Shown in pieces: positions 23,152 through 31,959 of a stretch of DNA of 32,000 nucleotides. The notes under the pieces are model-generated. The model saw only the letters and a program-made list of their open reading frames with translations, searched no databases and had not been told where the DNA came from. Numbering within the stretch: the stretch's first letter is position 1; every line of letters starts with the position of its first letter. A program made the position numbers and the translations under genes. This DNA comes from Candidatus Saccharimonadota bacterium (GTDB lineage Bacteria > Patescibacteriota > Microgenomatia > UBA1406 > GWC2-37-13), in assembly GCA_016700135.1 (NCBI GenBank), contig CP065004.1, forward strand, positions 660,001 through 692,000. The letters run 5' to 3'.

Positions 23152-26100
23152 ATGAAAAAATTCCGGAAATTTATCATCGCAATCATAGTTATTGCAGTGT
23201 TTACTGTGTTATCCCTCTTTGCCTTCACGTACTACTCCCGTGCGGAATCGCCGATTATCTTCATCTCACAGCTGCTGCCAATGACCCGGGAGGGGTTGAC
23301 TGCTACAGAGAGAGTTATCGAGACCAGGAATCTTCCGAATCCAACGTTTTTGTCAGAACCTGATTTATTGACAGATGCCACCCTTGAAATCAATTTACCG
23401 GCTTTATTTTCAGCTCCCGTGGTATTTCTGGAAGATATCACGGCACCCAATATCCTCTACAGCCTTGATGCGGGTGACGGAATTGAGCTTTCAGGAGATC
23501 CTCAATCTCCGACAATTACCAATACGGGAGTCATTTCACTTGAGGGAGTAAATGGAGCTATTGAGCTTCAGAGTGATAATATCCGAATCAGCACATCCGG
23601 GAATACGATCACCCTGAGCGCAGACATACCTGCCCCTGACATTCAAAAACTGACGGAATCCGATATTGAGGCATTTATCTTTGATGCCGATAATACCGGG
23701 ACGCTTAGTTCGGGAACACTGTCACTGGATGAACTTTCCTACACAGGGACGATTCCTTCTGCAATTGTTGTAGGTGAGTATAGCGATATAACAGGAGTAG
23801 GAACTATTACAAGCGGTACCTGGCAGGGGAGCGTCATCAGTTCAACATATCTTGATCCGGCAGTGATACTTTCAACTGAAATTGATACATACACAGAACT
23901 AAACACAATTGTAGCGGACGTGACACTTACTCACAATGGACTGATCGATACCTCAGCAGAGATAGCGGGTATTGTCGGAGATGAGACGGGATCAGGAGCA
24001 TTGGTATTTGCAAATTCTCCGACGTTTGCAGGGAATGTGCTGTTTCCGGGGTCCGGTATATGGGAAAGCACAGGAGATGTCGGTATTGGAACGACCAACC
24101 CCAGTGCCAAGCTTGAGGTTGCAGGTCAGGTCAAGATCACGGGAGGATCACCGGGAGCAAATAAGGTACTCACTTCCGATGCAAGCGGTCTTGCTACATG
24201 GCAGACATTGGGTGCAGCTAGTATCGGTGATGATTCTCTAGACTTTGATAAATTTTCAGACAATATGACGCTTGATGCAAAGACAATCATCAATCAGGCA
24301 GGGTTTGATTTCGGTTTCCAAGGGACAGGAAATGTGGGTATTGGGACAAGTACTCCTTCTGAAAAGCTCCATGTTATCGGCAATGCAATCATTTCAGGGA
24401 ACATCACGTCGGGTGGGATCATTACGGGGACAGGATCAGGATTGACAGGACTCAATGCAAGTAACCTTGCATCAGGTACAGTCCCTTCCGCACGGATCTC
24501 GGGTAATTATTCAGGGATCACAGGAGTCGGAACAATCACTAGCGGAACATGGCAAGGCAGTGTCATTTCCTCAACGTATCTTGATCCGGCAGTGATACTT
24601 TCAACTGAAATTGATACATACACAGAACTAAACACAATTGTAGCGGACGTGACACTTACTCACAATGGACTGATCGATACCTCAGCAGAGATAGCGGGTA
24701 TTGTCGGAGATGAGACGGGATCAGGAGCATTGGTATTTGCAAATTCTCCGACGTTTGCAGGGAATGTGCTGTTTCCGGGGTCCGGTATATGGGAAAGCAC
24801 AGGAGATGTCGGTATTGGAACGACGAGTCCTGGGTATAAACTTCACCTCTCCGGTACGGCGACTACTACGATGGTAGAAAACACAAGTGCGAGTAGCTAT
24901 TCTTACTATTCCATGCAAAACGATACAGGATTCAATGCGGGATTGTTATTCGCAGGCTCGACCTATGCAGGTTACGGAGGTGCGAACTCGTTGAGCATAT
25001 TGAATGGGCACAGCGACGGTAACATTTCAATCTTTGCCGGAGGAACCACAGCGGCTAATGAACGCGTCAGAATAACTTCCTCTGGCAATCTTGGGATCGG
25101 CACAAGCTCTCCAAGCCGTAGACTCCATGTTGATGCAGCTGCCGATGGATGGTCAGCACGGATTCAAAACGATAACGGATATATTGATTTTGGACCAAAT
25201 AATACAGAAGGTGCTCATATCTATACTGATCGTCCTCAATTTTACTTTAATCAAAAATTGAATATCATCACAAATGATATAACTTCTTACAATGGTGACT
25301 TTACATTGCAGCGAGCAGGTACAACAAGGCTTACATTGGGGTCGTCAACATCTACATTTGCAACACCTCTTAATGTCAATACAGGAACATACACAATATC
25401 CTTGGAGGGTAGAAACACATGGGATACCGGCGGCGCGACTCAGTACCCTGTCATCCGGAGTAGCAGCTCGAATGAGCGGGTCATGTTCCACAATATTCAT
25501 GTTCCATATATGCAGAATGGCCAAGGTGGATATACAGGCACTACTACAGGGGCGATTATTCGTTTTGCCAGCAATTATACATCCCCAACATCCTGGGATG
25601 TCGGTATCGATTCTGATTTGGGTACAGACACGTTCGGAATAAGTAGAGGAACAAGCAATTTCTTAAGCATCGCTAACAATGGAACCGTGACCATCCCAGG
25701 TACGCTAATGATAAATGGAGCTGAAGCTGCAAGTTTGAAAACACATAATGCAACAGTGACAGATGGCTGGTATCGTATTGCAAGTGACGGGCCTACGAGC
25801 GATGGAGGAACAGGTGGGCATACAGCCTACGGAAGGTTTGTAGTATGGTCATATGAGTCGGATAGGCATTGTCAGGCAGAGTTCACTGCAGGATATGATT
25901 ATAGTCGTTCTGCTACTTCTCCAACTGTTATTCTCAATAGTAACAACTGTTATAACGGTACCGATACTCCAATCACGGCTATACGAGCAGTTGCAGGAGA
26001 CGCGTACGAGGGGGCAGCGGTAGAAGTCTACATTGATGTTACCACTAGTGCAAGTGTAGGATATCAAATATATGATGAGGCAAATGCTAGTCCTGCAACC

Positions 26101-28959
26101 AATGGGAATGGAGCTTGGACTCCTGTAGACTGGACTGCCGGAAGCGTATGGACCGGGGCGGGAGCCACTACCGTAAACATTGCTTCCACTGACGCAGTGA
26201 TCGGAATGGCTTCAGGCTCGAGTGCTACAGATGAGTTTTACATTAATAGAAACGGCGTAGGAATCTTTTCTAACGGTATTTATAATCAAACCGCAGATGG
26301 AGAACTTGGTGCCAGTGCCAACTTTGTTTTCCGTGACACAGGAGACTCATGGCTAAGACTGCGTACTGCTTCAGGAGGTAGTACTTATGCTGATCTGGCA
26401 GTTGGTGACCTAAATGTTGCCGGTAACATTACTGCACTACAAACATTATCTTTCGCAAGCGGTAATACATTGACTTCCCAACCGACGGGGGATTACGGTT
26501 CAATACAGGTAAACGGAGGCGGAAAAGGGGCATGGGAAGGTTATAGCATCGATGGGCGCGCGGTATTTATGCACAACGGAACGACGGAAACAGGTATCTA
26601 TAATGATGTTGAAAATGAGTGGCTATTCCACGGTACCCATAATGCAGGTTCAATTATGTACTATAACGGAGCAGCCCGGGTAACTACAACCTCAGGAGGA
26701 GCTACAATTACCGGGGATGGTAATGCAACAGGAGATCTGACTGCAGGTGTCGGATTGGGTGTCGCAAACACGACTTCGACTACAGGATACGGTCTTTCTC
26801 TCTATGGAGGCGCAACTGCCGGGGCTCCGACTTACGGCATGATGTTTGCCGGAACGGCAACATTCGGAGGGCATGGAGGAGTTTCCGGGAGTGACTGGGC
26901 GACTTATCTTACCATGAGCAATACCACAACCCGAGGATGGATTTTCAGACGGGGATCAACCAATGTCGCGAGTATCGCAGGAAACGGGACCTTATATACA
27001 AATGGAATTATTAATGCCGGAAGCAATATTACGGCAGGAGGTCACTTGTATGTAGGCGGAGGGACATCGTATTACTTCAGTTCGGCGGGATTGGTAAACG
27101 CCGCTCATTTGCGCTCGACAACCTATCTCCAGGTCGGATCAACTGCCGAGCAAGGGCTCTACTATGATATCAACTCAAATGACTTGGACGTGGGAGGATT
27201 ACTTGCCCAAGATGGGACAGTGACTGTCAAGGATAGAAATGGAGTAGCACGTCTTGAGATAGATACTGACACTTCATATGCACGTCTAAAATTGCAGATG
27301 CAAACCAGTAACAACATTGGTGTTTGTCATGTTGTTAACGGATCATTTAGAGAAATCGTTGACTGTAGCAGTGCCCCGACTGATTTGGCAGAAAATTTCA
27401 GCACAGTAGATGCAAGTATAGAAGCAGGTGATTTAGTTATTGGTGATGGTCAGTCAAAAGTCATCCCAGAGCCAAATACACCTGGGAAAATTACAACAAA
27501 AGCATCAATTAAGAAAACAGACATGAGATACGATGACAATATCCTCGGTATCATCTCTACAGATCCCAATCAATTATACGGAGATGACGGGGTATTTGAT
27601 CCGTCTGAGAATCCTGTACCGGTCTCTCTGGCAGGACGGGTACCCACTAAAGTTTCACTGGAGAACGGGCCTATACGTACGGGTGACTACATCACTTCAT
27701 CATCTACTCCCGGTGTGGGAATGAAAGCTACCCGGGCAGGACGAGTAGTCGGTATTGCTCTTCAGGATTTCACGGGAGGTAGTGGAAACAACCAGTTCGG
27801 AAAGATTGTCGTTTTTGTCAATCCGACCTGGTATGATCCGTCAACGAAACTCAATTCAGCCGGAGAGCTGTCGATTAATGCAGATAATGGATTGTATAGT
27901 GTCAAGAATAGTACTGATAATACAACGTTTGATAATTCCAACGCCGCAAAAGAAATGATTGCTGCATATCTTAAAACAGGGAAAATTACGACTACTGATC
28001 TGAGTGTAGCCGGAAAAGCTGAATTTACCAATCTTCAAGTAAATAATTTCAAGGTTGGAGGGAAAACACTGAATCAGTATATTGAAGATTCTGTTGTGAC
28101 AGGACAGGTCTTTACGAGCCTTGATGATCAACTTACAGCTCAAGAAACTCAGATTGCACAACTTGATCTTGAGAGCAACATCTTGAGTACCTCTGTCGCT
28201 TCGCAGTCAGCCTCATTAAGTACTGTTACCGCCAGGCTGGATCAGATTGAGCAGGCCACGAATGATACGGAAGCGGTTATAACGTCCCTTCAAGATAGAA
28301 TTGCAGCTCTGGAAACGATGTTTGCTAACAACATGTCCACAAATTCCGCAATGCTCTTTACAGAGAGTCCATCTGCTACCGTGTCAGCAAGTATTGCCCG
28401 GTCAATCACGGATACTGAAGTCATCTTCGACAAGAAGCTCATCGCGGAAGATGATGTGACTATATTAGGTAAGCTCAATACATCAGATATTGGTGTGACC
28501 GGAACCATCTCAAGCGGGCTATTGACCATCAACGGATTCAATGATGAAATGGCGACTCCGTCTGCTACGATTTCAACACTCGGAGGAGTACTCAGCCTGC
28601 AGCATGACGGTATGAACGGAATTGAATTTATTGCAGGGAAAGTAGCCATTGATGTCAACGGTAATGTCCTGGTTCGTGAAGGAGATGTGGAGATAGAGAA
28701 CGGTGATCTGGTGCTTCGAAAAGGAAGTATTAAGGGAAGCACCAGTATTCGCGGAATCGATGTACCTGTCACGGCAGGAGCTACGGAGATAACAGTGACA
28801 TTTACTGACGTGAATGATACTGATACCTATGCAATCAGTGTGTTGCCGACATGGTTTACCAATATTATCGTCCAGGACAAGACAATAGACGGATTCAAGA
28901 TATTGTTCGACAGACCGGCGCCGGTTGATGCCACTCTTGACTGGCTTATTGTGGAATAA
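23152..28959 (+). CDS. Giant modular fibre/adhesin-like surface protein (about 1935 aa)
   Basis: The ATG at 23152 has GAGGG 4-8 nt upstream, followed by a signal anchor (FIIAIIVIAVFTVLSLFAF). It shares repeat modules with 18327..21164. It has a long unique G/T/S/N-rich central region, a GDYITSSSTPGVGMKAT module (about 27380..27840), a coiled coil (about 28090..28330), and a C-terminal beta domain ending LDWLIVE that is homologous to the end of 3..3302. Confidence 0.9.
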   Translation: MKKFRKFIIAIIVIAVFTVLSLFAFTYYSRAESPIIFISQLLPMTREGLTATERVIETRNLPNPTFLSEPDLLTDATLEINLPALFSAPVVFLEDITAPNILYSLDAGDGIELSGDPQSPTITNTGVISLEGVNGAIELQSDNIRISTSGNTITLSADIPAPDIQKLTESDIEAFIFDADNTGTLSSGTLSLDELSYTGTIPSAIVVGEYSDITGVGTITSGTWQGSVISSTYLDPAVILSTEIDTYTELNTIVADVTLTHNGLIDTSAEIAGIVGDETGSGALVFANSPTFAGNVLFPGSGIWESTGDVGIGTTNPSAKLEVAGQVKITGGSPGANKVLTSDASGLATWQTLGAASIGDDSLDFDKFSDNMTLDAKTIINQAGFDFGFQGTGNVGIGTSTPSEKLHVIGNAIISGNITSGGIITGTGSGLTGLNASNLASGTVPSARISGNYSGITGVGTITSGTWQGSVISSTYLDPAVILSTEIDTYTELNTIVADVTLTHNGLIDTSAEIAGIVGDETGSGALVFANSPTFAGNVLFPGSGIWESTGDVGIGTTSPGYKLHLSGTATTTMVENTSASSYSYYSMQNDTGFNAGLLFAGSTYAGYGGANSLSILNGHSDGNISIFAGGTTAANERVRITSSGNLGIGTSSPSRRLHVDAAADGWSARIQNDNGYIDFGPNNTEGAHIYTDRPQFYFNQKLNIITNDITSYNGDFTLQRAGTTRLTLGSSTSTFATPLNVNTGTYTISLEGRNTWDTGGATQYPVIRSSSSNERVMFHNIHVPYMQNGQGGYTGTTTGAIIRFASNYTSPTSWDVGIDSDLGTDTFGISRGTSNFLSIANNGTVTIPGTLMINGAEAASLKTHNATVTDGWYRIASDGPTSDGGTGGHTAYGRFVVWSYESDRHCQAEFTAGYDYSRSATSPTVILNSNNCYNGTDTPITAIRAVAGDAYEGAAVEVYIDVTTSASVGYQIYDEANASPATNGNGAWTPVDWTAGSVWTGAGATTVNIASTDAVIGMASGSSATDEFYINRNGVGIFSNGIYNQTADGELGASANFVFRDTGDSWLRLRTASGGSTYADLAVGDLNVAGNITALQTLSFASGNTLTSQPTGDYGSIQVNGGGKGAWEGYSIDGRAVFMHNGTTETGIYNDVENEWLFHGTHNAGSIMYYNGAARVTTTSGGATITGDGNATGDLTAGVGLGVANTTSTTGYGLSLYGGATAGAPTYGMMFAGTATFGGHGGVSGSDWATYLTMSNTTTRGWIFRRGSTNVASIAGNGTLYTNGIINAGSNITAGGHLYVGGGTSYYFSSAGLVNAAHLRSTTYLQVGSTAEQGLYYDINSNDLDVGGLLAQDGTVTVKDRNGVARLEIDTDTSYARLKLQMQTSNNIGVCHVVNGSFREIVDCSSAPTDLAENFSTVDASIEAGDLVIGDGQSKVIPEPNTPGKITTKASIKKTDMRYDDNILGIISTDPNQLYGDDGVFDPSENPVPVSLAGRVPTKVSLENGPIRTGDYITSSSTPGVGMKATRAGRVVGIALQDFTGGSGNNQFGKIVVFVNPTWYDPSTKLNSAGELSINADNGLYSVKNSTDNTTFDNSNAAKEMIAAYLKTGKITTTDLSVAGKAEFTNLQVNNFKVGGKTLNQYIEDSVVTGQVFTSLDDQLTAQETQIAQLDLESNILSTSVASQSASLSTVTARLDQIEQATNDTEAVITSLQDRIAALETMFANNMSTNSAMLFTESPSATVSASIARSITDTEVIFDKKLIAEDDVTILGKLNTSDIGVTGTISSGLLTINGFNDEMATPSATISTLGGVLSLQHDGMNGIEFIAGKVAIDVNGNVLVREGDVEIENGDLVLRKGSIKGSTSIRGIDVPVTAGATEITVTFTDVNDTDTYAISVLPTWFTNIIVQDKTIDGFKILFDRPAPVDATLDWLIVE
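23848..24095 (+). repeat. Perfect 248-bp direct repeat, copy 1 (in-frame, within CDS 23152..28959)
   Basis: I compared it base by base with 24577..24824 and found it identical. The offset is 729 bp, or 243 codons. Confidence 0.95.
24577..24824 (+). repeat. Perfect 248-bp direct repeat, copy 2
   Basis: Identical to 23848..24095. The sequence immediately upstream and downstream is diverged: upstream only synonymously, downstream also in protein. Confidence 0.95.
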
Positions 28960-29027
28960 GAGTGTACGACAAAAAGAAACAGATAGGGTATACTAAAAGC
29001 CTTAGTTACGATTTATTCAATTAATAC

Positions 29028-30302
29028 ATGATCACAACTGTTAAAAAGCTAAAAAATGGACTGCCTGTTATCTTTGTCGATACGGAGGCTTTTCCCTCTG
29101 TAACGACCATGATTCTTGTGGGAGCAGGTTCTCGTTTTGAAACGCCGGAAAACAACGGAATTGCTCACTTTTTCGAACATATGGCATTCAAAGGTTCAAA
29201 AAAATATCCTACGGCTTTTGATATCTCTTCAAAAATAGAGGGATTAGGAGGGGCTTTTAATGCATTTACAGCAAAAGACCATACAGGGTATTATGTCAAA
29301 GCACCCGTGTCTCACTTCTCAGAAGTGGCGGATGTACTTTCCGATATGCTTCTGCACTCGACGCTGGATCAGGGAGAAATCGACCGTGAAAAAAATGTCA
29401 TTGTGGAGGAGATAAACATGTATGAAGATATGCCGTCCCGAAAAGTATCCGATGTTTTTGATGAGATGATTTTTGCCGGTCATCCCTTATCCTACGATAT
29501 AGCAGGAAGCGAAAAAACGGTACGATCATTTACCCGCAAGACATTTACCGATTATATTGACGAGCTGTATCATCCGAACAATGCCGTGGTCATAGTAGCG
29601 GGCGGTCTTGATACGAAAACGGTGGGGATTGAAAAATATCTTGGGATAATTGAGGAGAAATTCGGTTCATGGGACAAAACCGGCAAAACAAAACAAAATC
29701 CCTTCGTTTCGAAACAGCAAAAACCTTCTATTATTGTCCGCTACAAAAAAACCGAACAGGCACACTTCTGCTTAGGATATCGTGCCTTTCCCTTCTCAGA
29801 TCCCCGCAGACATGCCCTTACTGTCTTGAGCGGTATCTTGGGAGGGGGAATGTCGTCACGCTTGTTTATAGAGGTGAGAGAGAGGCGTGGATTGTGTTAT
29901 TACGTCTCAACAGGTCGTGAATTGTATGAGGATACGGGATATATGGTCACTCAGGCAGGAGTAACCAATAATATAAGTCAGGTCAATGAAGCAATCGAGG
30001 TAATACTCAAGGAGCATAACAAGATTGCAAAAGGGGATGTCAGCAAAGAAGAGCTGGTAAAAGCGAAGGAGCTCTTAAAAGGTCGATTGTTACTGTCTCT
30101 AGAAGATTCCTACCGTGTTGCATCACTTCAAGGTTCAAGATATCTCTTTGAAAATCATACAATTGAACCTGAAGAAATTATTGCACTAATAGATAAAGTG
30201 ACCGGAGAGGAGATTACAGCAGTGGCGTCTGATCTGTTTCGAGAAGATCGTTTAAATATTGCATTGATCGGACCGTATCACAAGAAAGATATTACAATCT
30301 AA
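29028..30302 (+). CDS. M16-family (pitrilysin/insulinase-like) zinc peptidase
   Basis: It has the HFFEHMAFKG inverted zincin motif (HxxEH) and a downstream EEINMYED region supplying the distal Glu. The two-domain length (424 aa) is typical of bacterial M16B proteins. Confidence 0.85.
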   Translation: MITTVKKLKNGLPVIFVDTEAFPSVTTMILVGAGSRFETPENNGIAHFFEHMAFKGSKKYPTAFDISSKIEGLGGAFNAFTAKDHTGYYVKAPVSHFSEVADVLSDMLLHSTLDQGEIDREKNVIVEEINMYEDMPSRKVSDVFDEMIFAGHPLSYDIAGSEKTVRSFTRKTFTDYIDELYHPNNAVVIVAGGLDTKTVGIEKYLGIIEEKFGSWDKTGKTKQNPFVSKQQKPSIIVRYKKTEQAHFCLGYRAFPFSDPRRHALTVLSGILGGGMSSRLFIEVRERRGLCYYVSTGRELYEDTGYMVTQAGVTNNISQVNEAIEVILKEHNKIAKGDVSKEELVKAKELLKGRLLLSLEDSYRVASLQGSRYLFENHTIEPEEIIALIDKVTGEEITAVASDLFREDRLNIALIGPYHKKDITI

Positions 30303-30307
30303 ATCCA

Positions 30308-31102
30308 ATGATAGAATCGTATATATTTATTTTAGGGCTCTTTTTCGGTTCATTTCTGAATGTACTTGCAGACAGATTGCCGAACGGAAGGACATTGCTT
30401 GGACGTTCAAAATGTGATTCATGTTCGCATGAATTATCGTGGAGAGATCTTATACCAATTATTTCATTTATTGAAATAAAGGGAAAATGTCGTTATTGTA
30501 AAGCCCCATTGTCTATACAATACCCATTAAGCGAATTATTTACTGGCGTAATATTTTTGCTGACGTGGATTTTATCAAATCAGTGGTATCATTCAGAAAT
30601 CCTGCATCTAATCCATATTGCGATTGCTTCTGTATTGATTGTGATGATGCTGAGTGATCTGCGTTACCAGATTATTCCGGATTCTATGCAGGTAATATTG
30701 CTAGTGCTCGGCATAATAAGGCTTATCTTCTTGGGAATGCTCCAGCAGGAGATGAATATTCTCGGATGGACTCAATTTGCGGGTTGGGCGATTCTTCATG
30801 GAGTCATTGTTATGGCGCCATTGCTAACTGTTTATTTGATCACGAAAGGACGCGGAATGGGATTTGGAGATGTGAAGTTTTCATTTACGAGCGGCTTCAT
30901 TCTGGGGTTGTGGTCAGGTCTTGGGGCTCTGTACATAGGATTTATAACAGGGGGAATTGTGGGGGTATATTTAATTTTATCGCGGCGAGGAAAACCGAAA
31001 TCAAAAATTGCATTTGGCCCTTTTTTAATTTTAGGATTTTATATAATGCTTTTTTTTGAACATGACGTCATATTTTGGATAGGCAGATTATATGGATTTT
31101 AG
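30308..31102 (+). CDS. pilD: Prepilin peptidase (A24 family, PilD-like)
   Basis: FGSFLNVLADRLP, and CDSC..(21 aa)..CRYC as the Zn-binding pairs. The SDLRYQIIPD and GMGFGDVKF aspartate motifs and FGPFLILG are present. It has multiple TM helices and starts 6 nt after the M16 stop. Confidence 0.9.
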   Translation: MIESYIFILGLFFGSFLNVLADRLPNGRTLLGRSKCDSCSHELSWRDLIPIISFIEIKGKCRYCKAPLSIQYPLSELFTGVIFLLTWILSNQWYHSEILHLIHIAIASVLIVMMLSDLRYQIIPDSMQVILLVLGIIRLIFLGMLQQEMNILGWTQFAGWAILHGVIVMAPLLTVYLITKGRGMGFGDVKFSFTSGFILGLWSGLGALYIGFITGGIVGVYLILSRRGKPKSKIAFGPFLILGFYIMLFFEHDVIFWIGRLYGF

Positions 31103-31161
31103 CTCTAAATAGGGGAAGTTGTATACTATTTGTGAATAGGTATTTTTCCTATCCCATAAGC

Positions 31162-31959
31162 TCAAAGCTGAAGTACTGCATAGGCCATAGCAAGACCACC
31201 AGCACACATTACCGCCATGACTAATCCATGAAAGAGCATGTTCCTATGAATAATCTTCGACGCAAGAGGATTCCTTCCCAGAGCCTCAACTTCTTTCTTT
31301 GAAATCTGGATATAGTAGATTATGCTGCCAGTAAAGGATATAACGGCAATAAGACCGGCACTGATATACTTCACATATTTTAAAAAGGACACGGATTCAT
31401 CAGAGTCGTCCTGGCCGTTTATGTTAATGTTGTACTGTGATCCGCCTCCGCCGACATTACCCAAAGAATCGGCCGAAACGGTTTCATAGTTTATTGAAAC
31501 CATAATAAGATCATGCCCGTCAGCAGATTCATTCATGCTTTCAAGTGCTATCCCAAGAACACGTCCGGGTTCGGTTACTTTCATACCGACGCCGCGCTCA
31601 GTTGATGAAGTGATATAGTCACCTTTTGTAATAAGTCCGTTTGTATCGGTAACGAGAACGGGAACCTTACCTGAGGTAGCAACCGGGTACGTTTGTGAAT
31701 CAACATCTTTTTGTCCGAGACTGATAGCCGGTTTCTCCGTCACGACACCGAACATATTCGGGTCGTATTCCTGTGTGGTGATGGTAATGGTATTGCCGTT
31801 GTTTGTCACAATCATCCCTCGCCGGATATCGGTTCCTTCGATCTCAAAATTTGTAGCAACCGTGAAACTCGATTTCTGTGCAATTACATTTGAAGGAAGC
31901 GAAAAGCTTACGACTAATACTGCAAAAATGCCTGGAATAAGGGAACGGTAATACTGCAT
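31162..31959 (-). CDS. Small membrane protein with the GDYITSS..GVGMKV module and a C-terminal two-helix hairpin resembling ATP synthase subunit c
   Basis: I chose the start at the ATG at 31959 (MQYYRSLIPGIFAVLVVSFSLPSNVIAQ signal). TACAAT lies 9 nt upstream and GAGGG 4 nt upstream. The module is ..NMFGVVTEKPAISL..TYPVATSGKVPVLVTDTNGLITKGDYITSSTERGVGMKVTEPGRVLGIALES. The C-terminus is ISAGLIAVISFTGSIIYYIQISKKEVEALGRNPLASKIIHRNMLFHGLVMAVMCAGGLAMAYAVLQL. Confidence 0.7.
   Translation of the reverse strand: MQYYRSLIPGIFAVLVVSFSLPSNVIAQKSSFTVATNFEIEGTDIRRGMIVTNNGNTITITTQEYDPNMFGVVTEKPAISLGQKDVDSQTYPVATSGKVPVLVTDTNGLITKGDYITSSTERGVGMKVTEPGRVLGIALESMNESADGHDLIMVSINYETVSADSLGNVGGGGSQYNININGQDDSDESVSFLKYVKYISAGLIAVISFTGSIIYYIQISKKEVEALGRNPLASKIIHRNMLFHGLVMAVMCAGGLAMAYAVLQL

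Noticed and set aside
19635-24830. A CRISPR array or non-coding tandem repeat, suggested by the periodic 729/750-bp repeats
   Set aside because: The repeats are in frame, hundreds of bp long, and conserved at the protein level within continuous ORFs. There is no short repeat-spacer structure.
18327-28959. A diversity-generating retroelement or shufflon acting on the repeated modules
   Set aside because: The window has no reverse transcriptase, no template-repeat/variable-repeat pair with adenine-specific differences (the differences are synonymous at all bases), no recombinase, and no short inverted sfx-like sites.
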